The notes under the pieces were generated by a model, which was not told the origin of the DNA, made no database searches, and was given only the letters and a program-made list of their open reading frames with translations. Both the position numbers and the translations under genes were made by a program. Of a stretch of 50,488 nucleotides of DNA, positions 27,801 through 36,600 are shown one piece after another (position 1 is the stretch's first letter; each line of letters opens with the position of its first letter). The stretch lies in IMG/VR virus record IMGVR_UViG_3300037506_000199, positions 1-50,488 of that record; one strand, given 5' to 3'. This stretch comes from a virus. Taxonomy: Duplodnaviria; Caudoviricetes.

Positions 27801-28130
27801 GAACAAGTATGGGAAGAGCGCGATCGTGCCGAAGTGGCGCAATATGACGTGGAGCGACCAGAAACAGCACGGCAGCGACAACGCCGTTTGATGCTGTTTG
27901 ACGCCACGCGAGCACTGGCGGCCTATGATGCTGCCAAACGAGCGAGCAAAGAGCGCGATGTGCAACAACAACTCACGCGTGCGCAATATGAGCTGGCCAA
28001 AAAAGTGTTGGCGGATCTGAAGGAAATTGACCAGCGGCAGGCACCTGTGCCGCGCGAACGGATTGCGGCGGCGCGGCGGCAAGCGCAACGCATACAAAAA
28101 CAAGTAGCACAAGAAGCAGCACAACCATGA
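21852..28130 (+). CDS. Giant internal virion / polyvalent protein with zincin-like metallopeptidase motif and LPD38-like C-terminus
   Basis: ~2092 aa from MKTVQL; AAAHELGHAVD...REGFAEFVRVYL; C-terminal PFFNVAFQ...E.G.NKDSWTGR.I...SPARLDHAIEG.FG pattern. Confidence 0.65.
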   Translation: MKTVQLSNGRVMQYPDDWDWDRIKADLDRQYPEAGRKSQLATAAVSAQYPQPNEADMFSMDKGPLDTYGPMREGYGRTVMAPPQAADPLTEMYRQQRIEAGLERLKYGREIGSIEWPKYDVKDMSPFETAAVEALSLLGNHGEELDALPETYLGRAENPRHVRLAAYLKRMQERQGDPETDWVNYFGEKMPLALPALMAGSPPAAAAGVLASPIVKIMNMRRVRHAAERYVQDKASDEDLITLAFAIREQQRLSKQGMLRRALDVSAEMPQFATEVMVPYSKALGAGRMVGQATRSLRAVPVAGQLLRGTAKWSGAEFVGKMAARGAATAAWNPQRVLEFAEARRLYENEDQTKALLKGFADATIEYGSETFGQLLPRSTVIKGLTKWLKTKGRFANMTPFEFRKAMNRAGLQGVLMEIAEEQVASLARGLTVTPGDFGKWSANTWGETIGQLMEEFLVFLPLAGVGAMAQLGTTRKEWLAIAEARMQARAAKEAEQYFAELETAEPAAEPAAEPTAEPAVTPTEIPIETPSEAPKEQLAETGVLDRIDVTPEEILDQAPGMAEQLLEAEETSLRGQVSRKQFADITGIRNQTFEQHPRAGAYRQLISDTVQLARARAEQAQVEATTGAATQVEESQSVSDQAASSELTPEEVREDMETLYNHLAEKMGHPPVVSRQLQPRHYKTKRLAQRLGVQVEFFEASEEQITPDIAEQGRGVTLKRGRLLMLPGHQTTAQNEQVLLAHELARAGERDRGWEQFDPELITQYEKVRPTRTRAQRTAYLAKDPEEKRHETMASLIHEFMQNPDLRRQLWAENRAAWDYIMTGLRQAVGAKNEWSKATQQMLDLFVAERGEWQQLQAKMEIDAANRPEEEPNGQWGAEEEDKKKASVEPDASGQTGPMGMPLKRPPSTVFTMDMPMTLTGPPPKHRICTVPQIFRQLHRIAAAVGSNAQFRFGLMGRLGKRFKGWYHPALDTARLRDVGDIPAAAHELGHAVDWHYFVTGPIAGKAEDFDAQWRAKLGNGAADELEAAGHARYTDLSRPPAGGYLREGFAEFVRVYLTNPEQLPTLFPTMTPWFETQAQGALLKEMRKGQRMITEYRTSGAWARDEAARVNPHSARYKLQKITSYFRSTKLMEDWIEVFYPLKLMDAMADEYRRKRGLPPRAWNERLYETAKYTRGMGASWTHFAKRFGPIDIDGKPMDARPLQDVSQYVHWDEAEHFKKYLAACRTLARAGQPVQMLHESEEQFAERRKLAQSLPAIATHMDVADAAQLVKDAEAFFDQRKELHPHGKDDLRAAAEIYWRFRNAVLTYCGQVSETARRDIELVQQLDPGNYIGIAFQPDEEFDPHMRGGKGGSSVTTGAIVKRQRGYRGQVTDLLEASFKAMQRQVDSAWRMRLAEQVARIASVDDISGVGKWIEPVERAMEMKYKTVKEELLKRIHKDLVVRDQDGNVIDTLPNILEELHIGKASLAIDDHVNQMVEFWAPARDYRGHRPVVIINVPIKDVNGKVIGKEPKWFYVNPALHRILVSPDATWHPYGNAFVDGMLGIMRAIAKVWKFSTVGIRPAFNLIRNPVRDVRTFLYQTTDNNPARALWCWAQTLGSETYHLFTEQPSDFHRLLMMCGGIAGQPLTQDVQALRTAAHDIFGKTRAYYLDWHNVGKILKDGFSEVVDRLQFMERVPRIAELKMRVQRYNRHGMLRQTGEAAWQFGDPTTLEMLKDLRLASSEITIDFLAGGRITQSWNAYMPFFNVAFQSKRTTWRVFHRDPQRFIKYLSIYAAYVLGMWYLHKDDEDYKEADNRKYLYDHFFFTNPVTGEREVLMLARDHEMGVMLSILEGLVDSTYRSMIDNELDPEPFVRAIVTYANSSLPSLAPPLALEVWEQGRNKDSWTGRKIASGKGPPEQQYTEYTTGAAITMGRILGVSPARLDHAIEGLFGATSVDILRLWTNMVGQKRTVKDFALSDIPVAGSLFKKGGALGYRPRSVEQVWEERDRAEVAQYDVERPETARQRQRRLMLFDATRALAAYDAAKRASKERDVQQQLTRAQYELAKKVLADLKEIDQRQAPVPRERIAAARRQAQRIQKQVAQEAAQP

Positions 28131-28540
28131 GCATGGATGAATCACTGCCTCCCAGTGAAGAGGATGTTGTGTGGGTTTATTCCCATCTCAATAAATGTAA
28201 GACGGAAGCAGCGCGCAAACGCGTTAGCCAGGAAGCGCCAAGCAATGGCGCGGCGGAGATGCTGGACTGGGCGCTCGAGAATCGAAACAAATTCTTTGAT
28301 ATATATGTACCCATGTTTATCAAAACCAATAAACGCGAACAAAGGTTGCGCGACGATGGCCGGAAGAGATTGGAAAGATTCGCTCAAGCAGACGCTTACT
28401 ACCGTGCGCAAGAAAATCTTGAACGAGAACGCGCCGTCGGTGGAAGAGGACTTGAAGAAGCTGCCCTTCTACAGCCTGGTGCCCAAGCAACCACTAAGCA
28501 ATCTGGCCTATCGTCAAACGCTTCTGGAGCTGGCGGATGA
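28127..28540 (+). CDS. Putative terminase small subunit
   Basis: Coupled to upstream gene; immediately precedes and overlaps TerL; position-based call. Confidence 0.45.
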   Translation: MSMDESLPPSEEDVVWVYSHLNKCKTEAARKRVSQEAPSNGAAEMLDWALENRNKFFDIYVPMFIKTNKREQRLRDDGRKRLERFAQADAYYRAQENLERERAVGGRGLEEAALLQPGAQATTKQSGLSSNASGAGG

Positions 28541-30248
28541 AGATCCAGAATTGCAGCTAGAGTTATGGATTGCCAGCAAGCGCGATATTTTATTTTTTAC
28601 CAATGTCTTTTTGTGGGTGTTCGAGCCTCGGGAAGCCATTGTTCTGCCGTTTATTACTTGGCCATACCAAGACAAGGTATTGTTGCAAACGGACAAGGCC
28701 ATCGGACGCGAAGACTGCGGCATTGAAAAGTCGCGCGACATGGGCGCTAGCTGGATGTTTTTGACCAACTTCTTTTATCGCTGGCTGTTCTTCAAATACC
28801 AAGTATTTGGCTTGGTGAGCCGCAACCAAGATACCGTGGACGGCAAGGATGATCCCGATACCTTAATGTGGAAACTGGATTTTCATTACAAAAATTTGCC
28901 ACGGTGGATGCAGCCGGAGTTGTATCGCGTCAAGCTGCAAATGAAAAATCTGGAGCTGGAGTCGACAATTACTGGTTATTCGGCCACCGACGACGTGGCG
29001 CGCGGCGGGCGTAAGACGGCATTCGGCATGGATGAGATTGCCAGTTGGGGCGTGGACAATAGTTTTAAGGCGTGGTCCAGCACGCAACACGTGACCAATT
29101 CGCGCATCATGCCTAGTACCCCGCGTGGCATGGCGGGTGTATTTGCCGATTCGATGCGCAATGACAATGGCATGCTGAAGATTAGCATCCATTGGTCGGA
29201 ACACCCCAAAAAACAACCTGGTTTGTATCACAGTGTGGACGGCGTGGTGCGAATCATCGACACGGAGTATCCGTTTCCTCCGGACTATCCCTTCGTGTTG
29301 GATGGCAAGTTACGTTCGCCATGGTATGACCGGGAGTGCAAACGACATCCCATACCCGCTTTGATCGCCCAGGAGTTGGATATTGATTACGGCGGCTCCG
29401 GGTTTCCGTTTTTCAATGCCAAGACGATTGAGGATCATGCCAAGATGTTTGGTTGTGATCCGTATCTGGTCGGAGATTTGGAATTCGATGCGGATATCGC
29501 GAATGTAGAATTTCGGCCGACCGCGATTGGATCGTTGAAGCTTTGGTTGCATTTGGACGGCAATGGACAACCGCCCCACAACGTGGATTACGTGATTGGC
29601 TGTGATGTCGCGACGGGCACGGCTACGGAAGGGGCGAGCAATTCTGTGGCATCTGTGATCAATACCAACACGGGAGAAAAAGTGGCGGAATGGGCCGCCA
29701 ACTTTCTGTCGCCACACAAATTTGCCGAAATGGTTGTGGCCTTGCGCAGATGGTTTCGAGGTCCCAAGGGGATTGCCTTCACGATCTGGGAGTTAAATGG
29801 TCCAGGCACGCAATTCGCGAAGCGTTTCCTGGAGCTCAATAGCGCCCGGATTTTCTACCGTGAGGCTAGTAACCTGATTGCCAGCAGAACAAACACCCCT
29901 GGTTTTTTCAGCAACCGGGAAACAAAACGTGTCTTACTCGGCAAGTATGCCCGTGGTTTGGAGGGCAATTATATGATCAATCGCTCATTGCCCGCTATGG
30001 AAGAATGCCTACATTATGTGTTTACGCCGGAAGGGGCCGTGGAACATGATCGAGCCAAATCCACCATTGATCCAACGGCCGCTGGCGACAATCACGGTGA
30101 CCGTGTGATTGCCGATGCCCTGGCATGGTATGTATGTGGCAGTGCTCATGAGGTGAGCCAGCGGAAAGAGGTATTGCGGCCGCCGATCGGAAGCATAGCT
30201 TGGCGAATAACATTGAAAGCTCGCAAACCCACGGAGCAATGGCTATGA
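28356..30248 (+). CDS. terL: Terminase large subunit (start uncertain)
   Basis: WPYQ adenine motif, Walker A IEKSRDMGASW, Walker B FGMDE, STPRG, nuclease VIGCDVATG and HGDRVIADAL. Confidence 0.92.
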   Translation: MAGRDWKDSLKQTLTTVRKKILNENAPSVEEDLKKLPFYSLVPKQPLSNLAYRQTLLELADEDPELQLELWIASKRDILFFTNVFLWVFEPREAIVLPFITWPYQDKVLLQTDKAIGREDCGIEKSRDMGASWMFLTNFFYRWLFFKYQVFGLVSRNQDTVDGKDDPDTLMWKLDFHYKNLPRWMQPELYRVKLQMKNLELESTITGYSATDDVARGGRKTAFGMDEIASWGVDNSFKAWSSTQHVTNSRIMPSTPRGMAGVFADSMRNDNGMLKISIHWSEHPKKQPGLYHSVDGVVRIIDTEYPFPPDYPFVLDGKLRSPWYDRECKRHPIPALIAQELDIDYGGSGFPFFNAKTIEDHAKMFGCDPYLVGDLEFDADIANVEFRPTAIGSLKLWLHLDGNGQPPHNVDYVIGCDVATGTATEGASNSVASVINTNTGEKVAEWAANFLSPHKFAEMVVALRRWFRGPKGIAFTIWELNGPGTQFAKRFLELNSARIFYREASNLIASRTNTPGFFSNRETKRVLLGKYARGLEGNYMINRSLPAMEECLHYVFTPEGAVEHDRAKSTIDPTAAGDNHGDRVIADALAWYVCGSAHEVSQRKEVLRPPIGSIAWRITLKARKPTEQWL

Positions 30249-30610
30249 GCAATGAATTAAGTACGCATGTTGGCCTGCGATTTTCCAAGGATGGTACCGA
30301 CAAACAGATCGATAAGAATTGGGTGCAGGATGTTGCCAATGGCAACTACACCGAAGGCGTGTTAACCGTTTCCACGAGCTGGGAAGTGATCCCCTTGGCG
30401 GATGTCTCTCAAGTCGGGTATTGCTATTTCGAGACCTTGGGTACGGAAGAAATTGAAATTGGAAATGGCTTGACAGGACCGGCGTTATTGGCTATTCCTA
30501 GCGGTGCCGGGGCGGGGCCAGTGCTGTTACATGGCATTGGATTTGGTACTCCCGCGGCTCGGGCCGTGGCGAACACGTCCACGCTGCGGTATTTTATTTT
30601 CAGCAAATAG
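30245..30610 (+). CDS. Hypothetical virion protein
   Basis: Coupled to TerL stop; beta-rich. Confidence 0.6.
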   Translation: MSNELSTHVGLRFSKDGTDKQIDKNWVQDVANGNYTEGVLTVSTSWEVIPLADVSQVGYCYFETLGTEEIEIGNGLTGPALLAIPSGAGAGPVLLHGIGFGTPAARAVANTSTLRYFIFSK

Positions 30611-30652
30611 GCTGACCGTCCGGGGCACATGGTGCGGGCAGCGCGGTAGCGC

Positions 30653-32410
30653 ATGCTCGATCCTTACAATCCACAAGACCTGTCGCGAATCTTTGAGGCC
30701 GTTCGGGCCTGTCGCCGCCAACTCGCCTCGGCTCGACGTAAGCGTCGTGAGCTAATCCAGGATTTTGTTGGTTCCGCCTATCCCCAGGAATGGATGGTCC
30801 AGACTGACATGCCAGTCAACATGCTGGCGGTCATGATGGACATCTACACCATGCAGTTGGCGGGTTCGAATCCCCGCGTGATATTGCCTACGCCCAGGCG
30901 GGAATTGCTGCCTTTTGCGGCCGACTTGGAGGCAGTGGTTAATCAAGAATTGGAGGACATGCAGTTTTCCAGGACCCTGCGCCGCTGGGTTCAAGAGGCC
31001 ATGTTTTGCCTGGGAATTCTCAAGTCGGGCCTGGCGGACGGCGAATATATCGAGATTATCCCCGGCTCACCGCAACCGACCCAGGAATATTTTCTGGACT
31101 TGGTGGATTTCGATGATTTCGTGTTTGATTTGGACGCTGTGTACTGGGATCGGGTGTCTTTTCTGGGCGACCGCTACAAGGTGAACTACGACGAAGTTGT
31201 GGCCGACCAGCGTTATCCGGCAGAGGCCAGGGCTCAAGTCAAACCGCGCGAATATGGCCAACCAGAGGACGACGAAGGGTCCTCCGAGATCTTTTTCAAT
31301 CGAGGTTCGGAATACGGTATTGAACGGCACCTAAAACGTACCGCTTGGGTCTGGGATATTTGCCTCGTCGAAGAGCGGCTTGTCGTTACCATGGCGGATT
31401 CGGCGTCGGCCAAGATTCCGCTCAAGGTGGTCGAATGGGATGGGCCCTGCCGATCGCCTTATCACATTCTCAGCTTTTCGGACGTGCCGAGCAACATCAT
31501 GCCGTTGGCGCCTGGACAGGTCGTCAAAAGCCTTAACAAGGCCATGAATGCGTTGTTCCGCAAGCTGATCGAGCAGGCCCGACGGCAAAAAACCCTGGGC
31601 ATGTACCGGGCCGGGGACCAAGATGACGTGGAAAAGATCCAGAACGCGGAAGATGGGTTTTTGGTCGGGATTAGCAATCCCGAGGTAGTCAAGGAAATAA
31701 ATTTCGGCGGAGCCAACCCCCAAAACATGGCCTTTGCCATGCAGATTCGCGATTTGTTTTCCATGGTCGCTGGCAATCTGGATGCTTTGGGGGGTTTGGG
31801 GCCTCAGTCGGAGACGTATCGGCAGGACGCCATGATTGCCAATACGGTGAGCAACAAAATAGCCAAGATGCAAATCGCGGTGACGGACGCCACCGTGGAG
31901 GTCTTGCGTGATCTGATTGCCCGGATCTGGCACGATCCACTACGGACCTACGAGGCTCGGCGGGGAGTGACCGGGACAGATGTGGAAGTTGCCGTTTCTT
32001 TGGAGCCAGGTATGCGTTCAGGGTCGATCGAGGATTTTGACGTCAAGATCGAGCCTTTTTCGATGCAATACCGTTCGCCACGCGAAAGAGCAGATGAAAT
32101 TACGGGCCTGATGACCAATTTAGTGTTTCCGATGCTGCCAGTGCTACAGCAGCAGGGGGTGTATTTAGATCTGCAAAGATTGCTCGAAACCTTGGCAAAA
32201 TATCGCAGCTTGCCAGAGCTGAACCATATCTTCCAATTCCAGGCACCGCCATTGCCGGGCACGGCCGGTGAAGAATCACGTCAGCCACAAATAGGCAATC
32301 GCACATACGAACATGTGAATCGGCCGGCGGGCCGGAATAGGGTTCAGCAGCAAATGAAGACACTCATTAGCGCCGGGGCGGCCAAGCAAATGAACGTTTC
32401 GGATGGGTGA
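30653..32410 (+). CDS. Portal protein
   Basis: 585 aa between TerL and scaffold/capsid; P22-like size and helical pattern. Confidence 0.8.
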   Translation: MLDPYNPQDLSRIFEAVRACRRQLASARRKRRELIQDFVGSAYPQEWMVQTDMPVNMLAVMMDIYTMQLAGSNPRVILPTPRRELLPFAADLEAVVNQELEDMQFSRTLRRWVQEAMFCLGILKSGLADGEYIEIIPGSPQPTQEYFLDLVDFDDFVFDLDAVYWDRVSFLGDRYKVNYDEVVADQRYPAEARAQVKPREYGQPEDDEGSSEIFFNRGSEYGIERHLKRTAWVWDICLVEERLVVTMADSASAKIPLKVVEWDGPCRSPYHILSFSDVPSNIMPLAPGQVVKSLNKAMNALFRKLIEQARRQKTLGMYRAGDQDDVEKIQNAEDGFLVGISNPEVVKEINFGGANPQNMAFAMQIRDLFSMVAGNLDALGGLGPQSETYRQDAMIANTVSNKIAKMQIAVTDATVEVLRDLIARIWHDPLRTYEARRGVTGTDVEVAVSLEPGMRSGSIEDFDVKIEPFSMQYRSPRERADEITGLMTNLVFPMLPVLQQQGVYLDLQRLLETLAKYRSLPELNHIFQFQAPPLPGTAGEESRQPQIGNRTYEHVNRPAGRNRVQQQMKTLISAGAAKQMNVSDG

Positions 32411-32686
32411 ATGACACGCAATCGAGTGTTTCGTTATGACCGGGCCACCGACACCGTGGTGGAGAGCGAGCACGTCACACGACCGACAAGACCGCAATGG
32501 CCCCTGGAATTGGATTCGTTGGCCGTGCATCCCAGTCAAATTGAGGAAGCGCGTGCTCGGGATCGAGCCTGTGGTGTGCCAACGGAGTACACGCCGGATG
32601 GTCGTCCGGTCATGACGGGTCCGGGGCATTATCGGCGCTACCGGAAAATCAACCAAGTGCACTTTAGAAATGGATATGAATCGTGA
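32411..32686 (+). CDS. Hypothetical protein
   Basis: ORF in head operon (SLAVHPSQIEE...GVPTEYTPDGRP). Confidence 0.65.
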   Translation: MTRNRVFRYDRATDTVVESEHVTRPTRPQWPLELDSLAVHPSQIEEARARDRACGVPTEYTPDGRPVMTGPGHYRRYRKINQVHFRNGYES

Positions 32687-33702
32687 CTACTGACCAATCT
32701 GATGATCCCAAGCCTGCTGAGTTTTCGTTGGATGCAGCTTCTCCGTCTCCTGGACCAGCACCGGAACGACCGGTGGAGTCGCCAGCGATGCCGGAGGAAA
32801 TAACCCGGCAAGCGCTCGAGATGGGATTTACCGAGGATGAGCTGAGGACTTTCGGCGCCGAGAGAATCCAGGAGATGCTGGTGGCGGCCGACCGTCGTGG
32901 CTTTGAAGCCTTCCGACAACAATTGGAGCAAGAGGCGCGGCGGTCGAATTGGCCGGCAACTCCACAATTCCAGGGCCAGGGAGCGGAACCAGCTTGGCCA
33001 GTACCACAGCCACTGCCGCGACCGGAAGCAGCCTGGCCAGCACCTTTGCCGCAACCACAACCGGCACCAGGCTGGTCCGCGTCTCAACCACAGCCGGAGC
33101 CACGGTCACAAGCCGTGAAATTCGAGCTGGACGCGGAAGCATATGGCCTGCCCCCAGAACTGACAAAACAGCTTCAAGCGGCGTACGACCAGCATAATCA
33201 GCAGCTTGCTGTGCTCCAGCAGGCTTTACAGCGGCAGGAATATATGCTTCAACTACAACAGCAGCAGCACGCGGAAGCTGCCGCGCGAGAATATGCCGGT
33301 TGGTTTGACAGGGCTTTGTCGGCCACCGATGATCTGAGAGCCGTTGTTGGGACTGGCGACTATTGGCACTTGCCCATGGGTTCGCAGGAAGCGCGCCAGC
33401 GCGAAAAACTTCTGGAGGATTTCCAGTTCTTTGCGCAATACAAAGGGCGCGATCCGTTTTCCCGCGACGATGAACTGCTCAAGCAGTTTCTTTCCAATTT
33501 CGTCCGTAAGGACCCCAACATTCAACAACAACAACTTTCAGATAAGCTAAAGGCCGCCAGTCGCAAGACCATTGCCAGGCCGCGGTCGCGCCACCCTGAT
33601 GGGAGGTTCGCTGCGGCCGCTGAGAAGGACCCGGATACCGGCATGCCAATTTCGGGCAATGACAAGATTGATGAATTCTTGTATGCGACGCGAGGCTTCT
33701 AG
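32683..33702 (+). CDS. Capsid scaffolding protein
   Basis: Acidic, Pro/Gln-rich, coiled-coil protein directly upstream of MCP. Confidence 0.7.
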   Translation: MTTDQSDDPKPAEFSLDAASPSPGPAPERPVESPAMPEEITRQALEMGFTEDELRTFGAERIQEMLVAADRRGFEAFRQQLEQEARRSNWPATPQFQGQGAEPAWPVPQPLPRPEAAWPAPLPQPQPAPGWSASQPQPEPRSQAVKFELDAEAYGLPPELTKQLQAAYDQHNQQLAVLQQALQRQEYMLQLQQQQHAEAAAREYAGWFDRALSATDDLRAVVGTGDYWHLPMGSQEARQREKLLEDFQFFAQYKGRDPFSRDDELLKQFLSNFVRKDPNIQQQQLSDKLKAASRKTIARPRSRHPDGRFAAAAEKDPDTGMPISGNDKIDEFLYATRGF

Positions 33703-33717
33703 CCAAGGGAATAACTC

Positions 33718-34821
33718 ATGCCTAGTGCATATACCAATGGGCTCCGGCCTGACCAAATCGACGATCTCGTGGAGCTGACGCTCCATGAGTTTGAAAAAGA
33801 TCGCTGGACTGATTTAACCGTGGACTTGCAATCCTATTTTGCCATGGACAACTTGCTGTTAGGGCAAAAGGTGGAAGTTGACGGTGGCGATCAATTGCAG
33901 TGGCAAGTTAAAGTCCGCAACGCGGGCGCCGCAAAAAACACGGGCATGTATGCCGTGGACGACGTGCGCGTGATTGACACCATGCGGCATGCAATCATCC
34001 CCTGGACGATGCAGACGACAAACATGGCATACGATGTGTACGAAGAGGGCTTTAATAGTCCAGATCGTAACCGCATTGTAAACCTGATCCTTACGCGGCG
34101 GCATTCCGCAATGACGGATTTTGCCGAGCTGATGGAGAATAACTTCTGGGGGATGCCAGCCAATACGACGGATGACGCCGAAGTGATTAAGCCACGCGGC
34201 GTACCTTATTGGATTGTGCGCAATGCCACGAAGGGGTTCAACGGTGGTACGCCGCTTGGCGGTGGCCATTCCACAGTGGCGGGGCTTAATCCTACTACGT
34301 ATCCGCGTTGGAAGAACTGGACGGCGCAATACGCGACGATCAGCACGCGAGATCTGGTGCGGCACATGCGGGAAGCGGTTGCCAAATGCAGGTTTAAGCC
34401 GCCGGTGTCCTATCCGTCGACCACGCCGCAAACGCCTCAGTACGTGATCGCCACGACTTATACGGTCAAGCAGCGGCTGGAAGAGCTGCTGGATGATCGC
34501 AACGAAAACTTGGGCCGCGACGTGGCCGTCAATGATGGCAAGACGTTGTTCCATGGCACGCCCATTACATGGGTGCCATGGTTGGACGCACATCATGATG
34601 ACACGGCACTAATAAGCACTAACCACTATGGCAAAAATCCCGTGTACGGGATTAACCTGGGCGCTTTTAAGATGGTCGTTAAAAGCGGTGCTTACATGGT
34701 GCGCAGTGCTCCTATTGTGGCGGCACAGCAACACAGCGTGCGCCATATTCACTGGGACACATGGTGCCAATATAAGTGCGTGGACCGACGTGGAAACTTC
34801 GTACTTACGCAAAGCGCCTAA
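33718..34821 (+). CDS. Major capsid protein
   Basis: 367 aa after scaffold; VAGLNPTTYPRWKNW and LFHGTPITWVP patterns typical of HK97-fold capsids. Confidence 0.8.
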   Translation: MPSAYTNGLRPDQIDDLVELTLHEFEKDRWTDLTVDLQSYFAMDNLLLGQKVEVDGGDQLQWQVKVRNAGAAKNTGMYAVDDVRVIDTMRHAIIPWTMQTTNMAYDVYEEGFNSPDRNRIVNLILTRRHSAMTDFAELMENNFWGMPANTTDDAEVIKPRGVPYWIVRNATKGFNGGTPLGGGHSTVAGLNPTTYPRWKNWTAQYATISTRDLVRHMREAVAKCRFKPPVSYPSTTPQTPQYVIATTYTVKQRLEELLDDRNENLGRDVAVNDGKTLFHGTPITWVPWLDAHHDDTALISTNHYGKNPVYGINLGAFKMVVKSGAYMVRSAPIVAAQQHSVRHIHWDTWCQYKCVDRRGNFVLTQSA

Positions 34822-34838
34822 CCCGGGAGGACATAAAA

Positions 34839-35300
34839 ATGACTTTTGTGCAACGCGATTTGAAGCAGGCTAATGAGCTGATCGACGTCTGGTATGATGG
34901 TGTCGGCGGCGCATTGCAAAATGGTTATTGCGTGTGTTATGACCCAGCGGAAGCATTGACGCATGCAGCAGGCGAATGGGCGGAGCAAGAACGCTGGAAG
35001 ACCGTGCAAAAGCCAGCGACGGCCAATCTGGCGCTGTTTGCCGGTGTGGTCGTAGACACGCGTGGCCAATCGGGCACAACGCCTGCTATCGTGCAAATCT
35101 GCACGCTGAAACGTGGCAATGTGGTTTCGGCATTGACATTCGCCAACATGACAATTGGAAGCACAATGTTGGAGTGCGTCAACGATAAATGGTATCTGGA
35201 TGATACCGTCACGTTCTCCACCAAAGTGGTGGCCTTGCCGGCCGAGACCGTCAATACTTCAGGTGCCGAAGCCAATGCCATGGTTTTCGGACTGTTGTAA
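34839..35300 (+). CDS. Capsid decoration/cement-like protein
   Basis: GGAGG RBS, follows MCP; FAGVVV motif. Confidence 0.55.
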   Translation: MTFVQRDLKQANELIDVWYDGVGGALQNGYCVCYDPAEALTHAAGEWAEQERWKTVQKPATANLALFAGVVVDTRGQSGTTPAIVQICTLKRGNVVSALTFANMTIGSTMLECVNDKWYLDDTVTFSTKVVALPAETVNTSGAEANAMVFGLL

Positions 35301-35332
35301 ATCGTTGATGCTTTGCCAAAAGCATTGACGCT

Positions 35333-35392
35333 GCCGCCGCCGGTTGTAACGTGACCACATGCCCCGGCGCGTGTCCGGCGGTGGCTGTTTTT
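35333..35392 (+). terminator. Possible intrinsic terminator after capsid genes
   Basis: GCCGCCGCCGG...CCGGCGGTGGC followed by TGTTTTT; long interior, imperfect. Confidence 0.4.
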
Positions 35393-35408
35393 GTTACAAA
35401 GGGAACCC

Positions 35409-35711
35409 ATGCAAGTTACACTGAGACAATTTATTGTGGATTCGCTACCCCGCCTGCCCTTGGAGGTGATCAGCAAACAACTCGGCAAGCAAGCGTTATA
35501 CGATGGTGATTACACAGATGAAGACACCATTGTCGAAGTGGACAAGACTGGCCAGCCAGTGTGGATATCCCAGCATGGTGTCAAGACACAATTGCAAAAA
35601 GTAGACGTGGCGAAGGAAGTCGATGTTGTGCGCCAAGACATGGCCAGAGAATACACCGAAGTGCAAACGCCAGAAGAGGTGTTGCCGCCAGAAGCGCCAA
35701 AGGAGACGTGA
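35409..35711 (+). CDS. Hypothetical acidic protein
   Basis: MQVTLRQF...; coupled to next gene. Confidence 0.6.
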   Translation: MQVTLRQFIVDSLPRLPLEVISKQLGKQALYDGDYTDEDTIVEVDKTGQPVWISQHGVKTQLQKVDVAKEVDVVRQDMAREYTEVQTPEEVLPPEAPKET

Positions 35712-36598
35712 TGTCGGGTATCACTTTTGGGGTTTTGCGCCGCGAGATTGGGCGTGAGGCTGGATTTGATCGTGATCCCGTCAATTGGACGGCGGAACAG
35801 ACGGTGGATGTTTGGGATCTCCTCCGCAACGCTGTCAATCAGGTTCATCGCCCGCCGCGTTTGCCAGGTGAAATAGCGGCATATCAATGGTCTTTTCTGC
35901 GCCCCATGCTAACCGTGCAATTGCGCGCTGGCGTGGAAGATTATGATCTGCCGAAGGATTTTGCCTATCTAGATGGACGCTTGTATTTCATCGCTCAAGA
36001 TAGAGCCGTTGTCGAATTGCAGCGCGTCAACGAAGGGCGCATCTTGGAACGGAGACAACGGACATGGAGCAATAGTCCGCAATATTATCCGCAATTGTTT
36101 GCCATTTGCATCAAAGAGAGTACGCGAGTTACGGAGCAAATTTACGAACTCAAAATTTGGCCAAGACCAGATGCGGATTACACGGTGCGCGGGCGCTATC
36201 ATGCGCGGATTGCTTTTGTGCCCGATGATGCGATGGTGCCGCTGGGTGGCCAAGAACACGCGGAATTGTTTCGCGCGTCTTGCATGGACCTGGTCGAACA
36301 AATGTTGGACGACGATCGAGGGCGTCGTCACGATCAGTTCCTGGAACAATTGGCAGCGAGTATTGACTTTGATCGCAAGGCCAGCACTCCAGCAACGATG
36401 GGTTATAACTGGGACCCGCGAGACCGTCGTGACTACGATCTATACGGCGTGCCCCGTGCCGTAAGTGGGTTGGTGACTGTGGAAAGCAGTTTGCCGGATG
36501 ATGATGGTGAAGCTGAGTCGCCAACCACGAGCCTGACCACACAAGATGGGCAAACCATCACAACTCAGGATGGTGTGCCAATTGGACCACAGCCCTAG
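35711..36598 (+). CDS. Head-tail adaptor (tail tubular A / P22 gp4-like)
   Basis: AAGGAG RBS; WSFL...GVEDYDLPKDF...IWPRPDADYTV pattern. Confidence 0.7.
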   Translation: MSGITFGVLRREIGREAGFDRDPVNWTAEQTVDVWDLLRNAVNQVHRPPRLPGEIAAYQWSFLRPMLTVQLRAGVEDYDLPKDFAYLDGRLYFIAQDRAVVELQRVNEGRILERRQRTWSNSPQYYPQLFAICIKESTRVTEQIYELKIWPRPDADYTVRGRYHARIAFVPDDAMVPLGGQEHAELFRASCMDLVEQMLDDDRGRRHDQFLEQLAASIDFDRKASTPATMGYNWDPRDRRDYDLYGVPRAVSGLVTVESSLPDDDGEAESPTTSLTTQDGQTITTQDGVPIGPQP

Positions 36599-36600
36599 GA

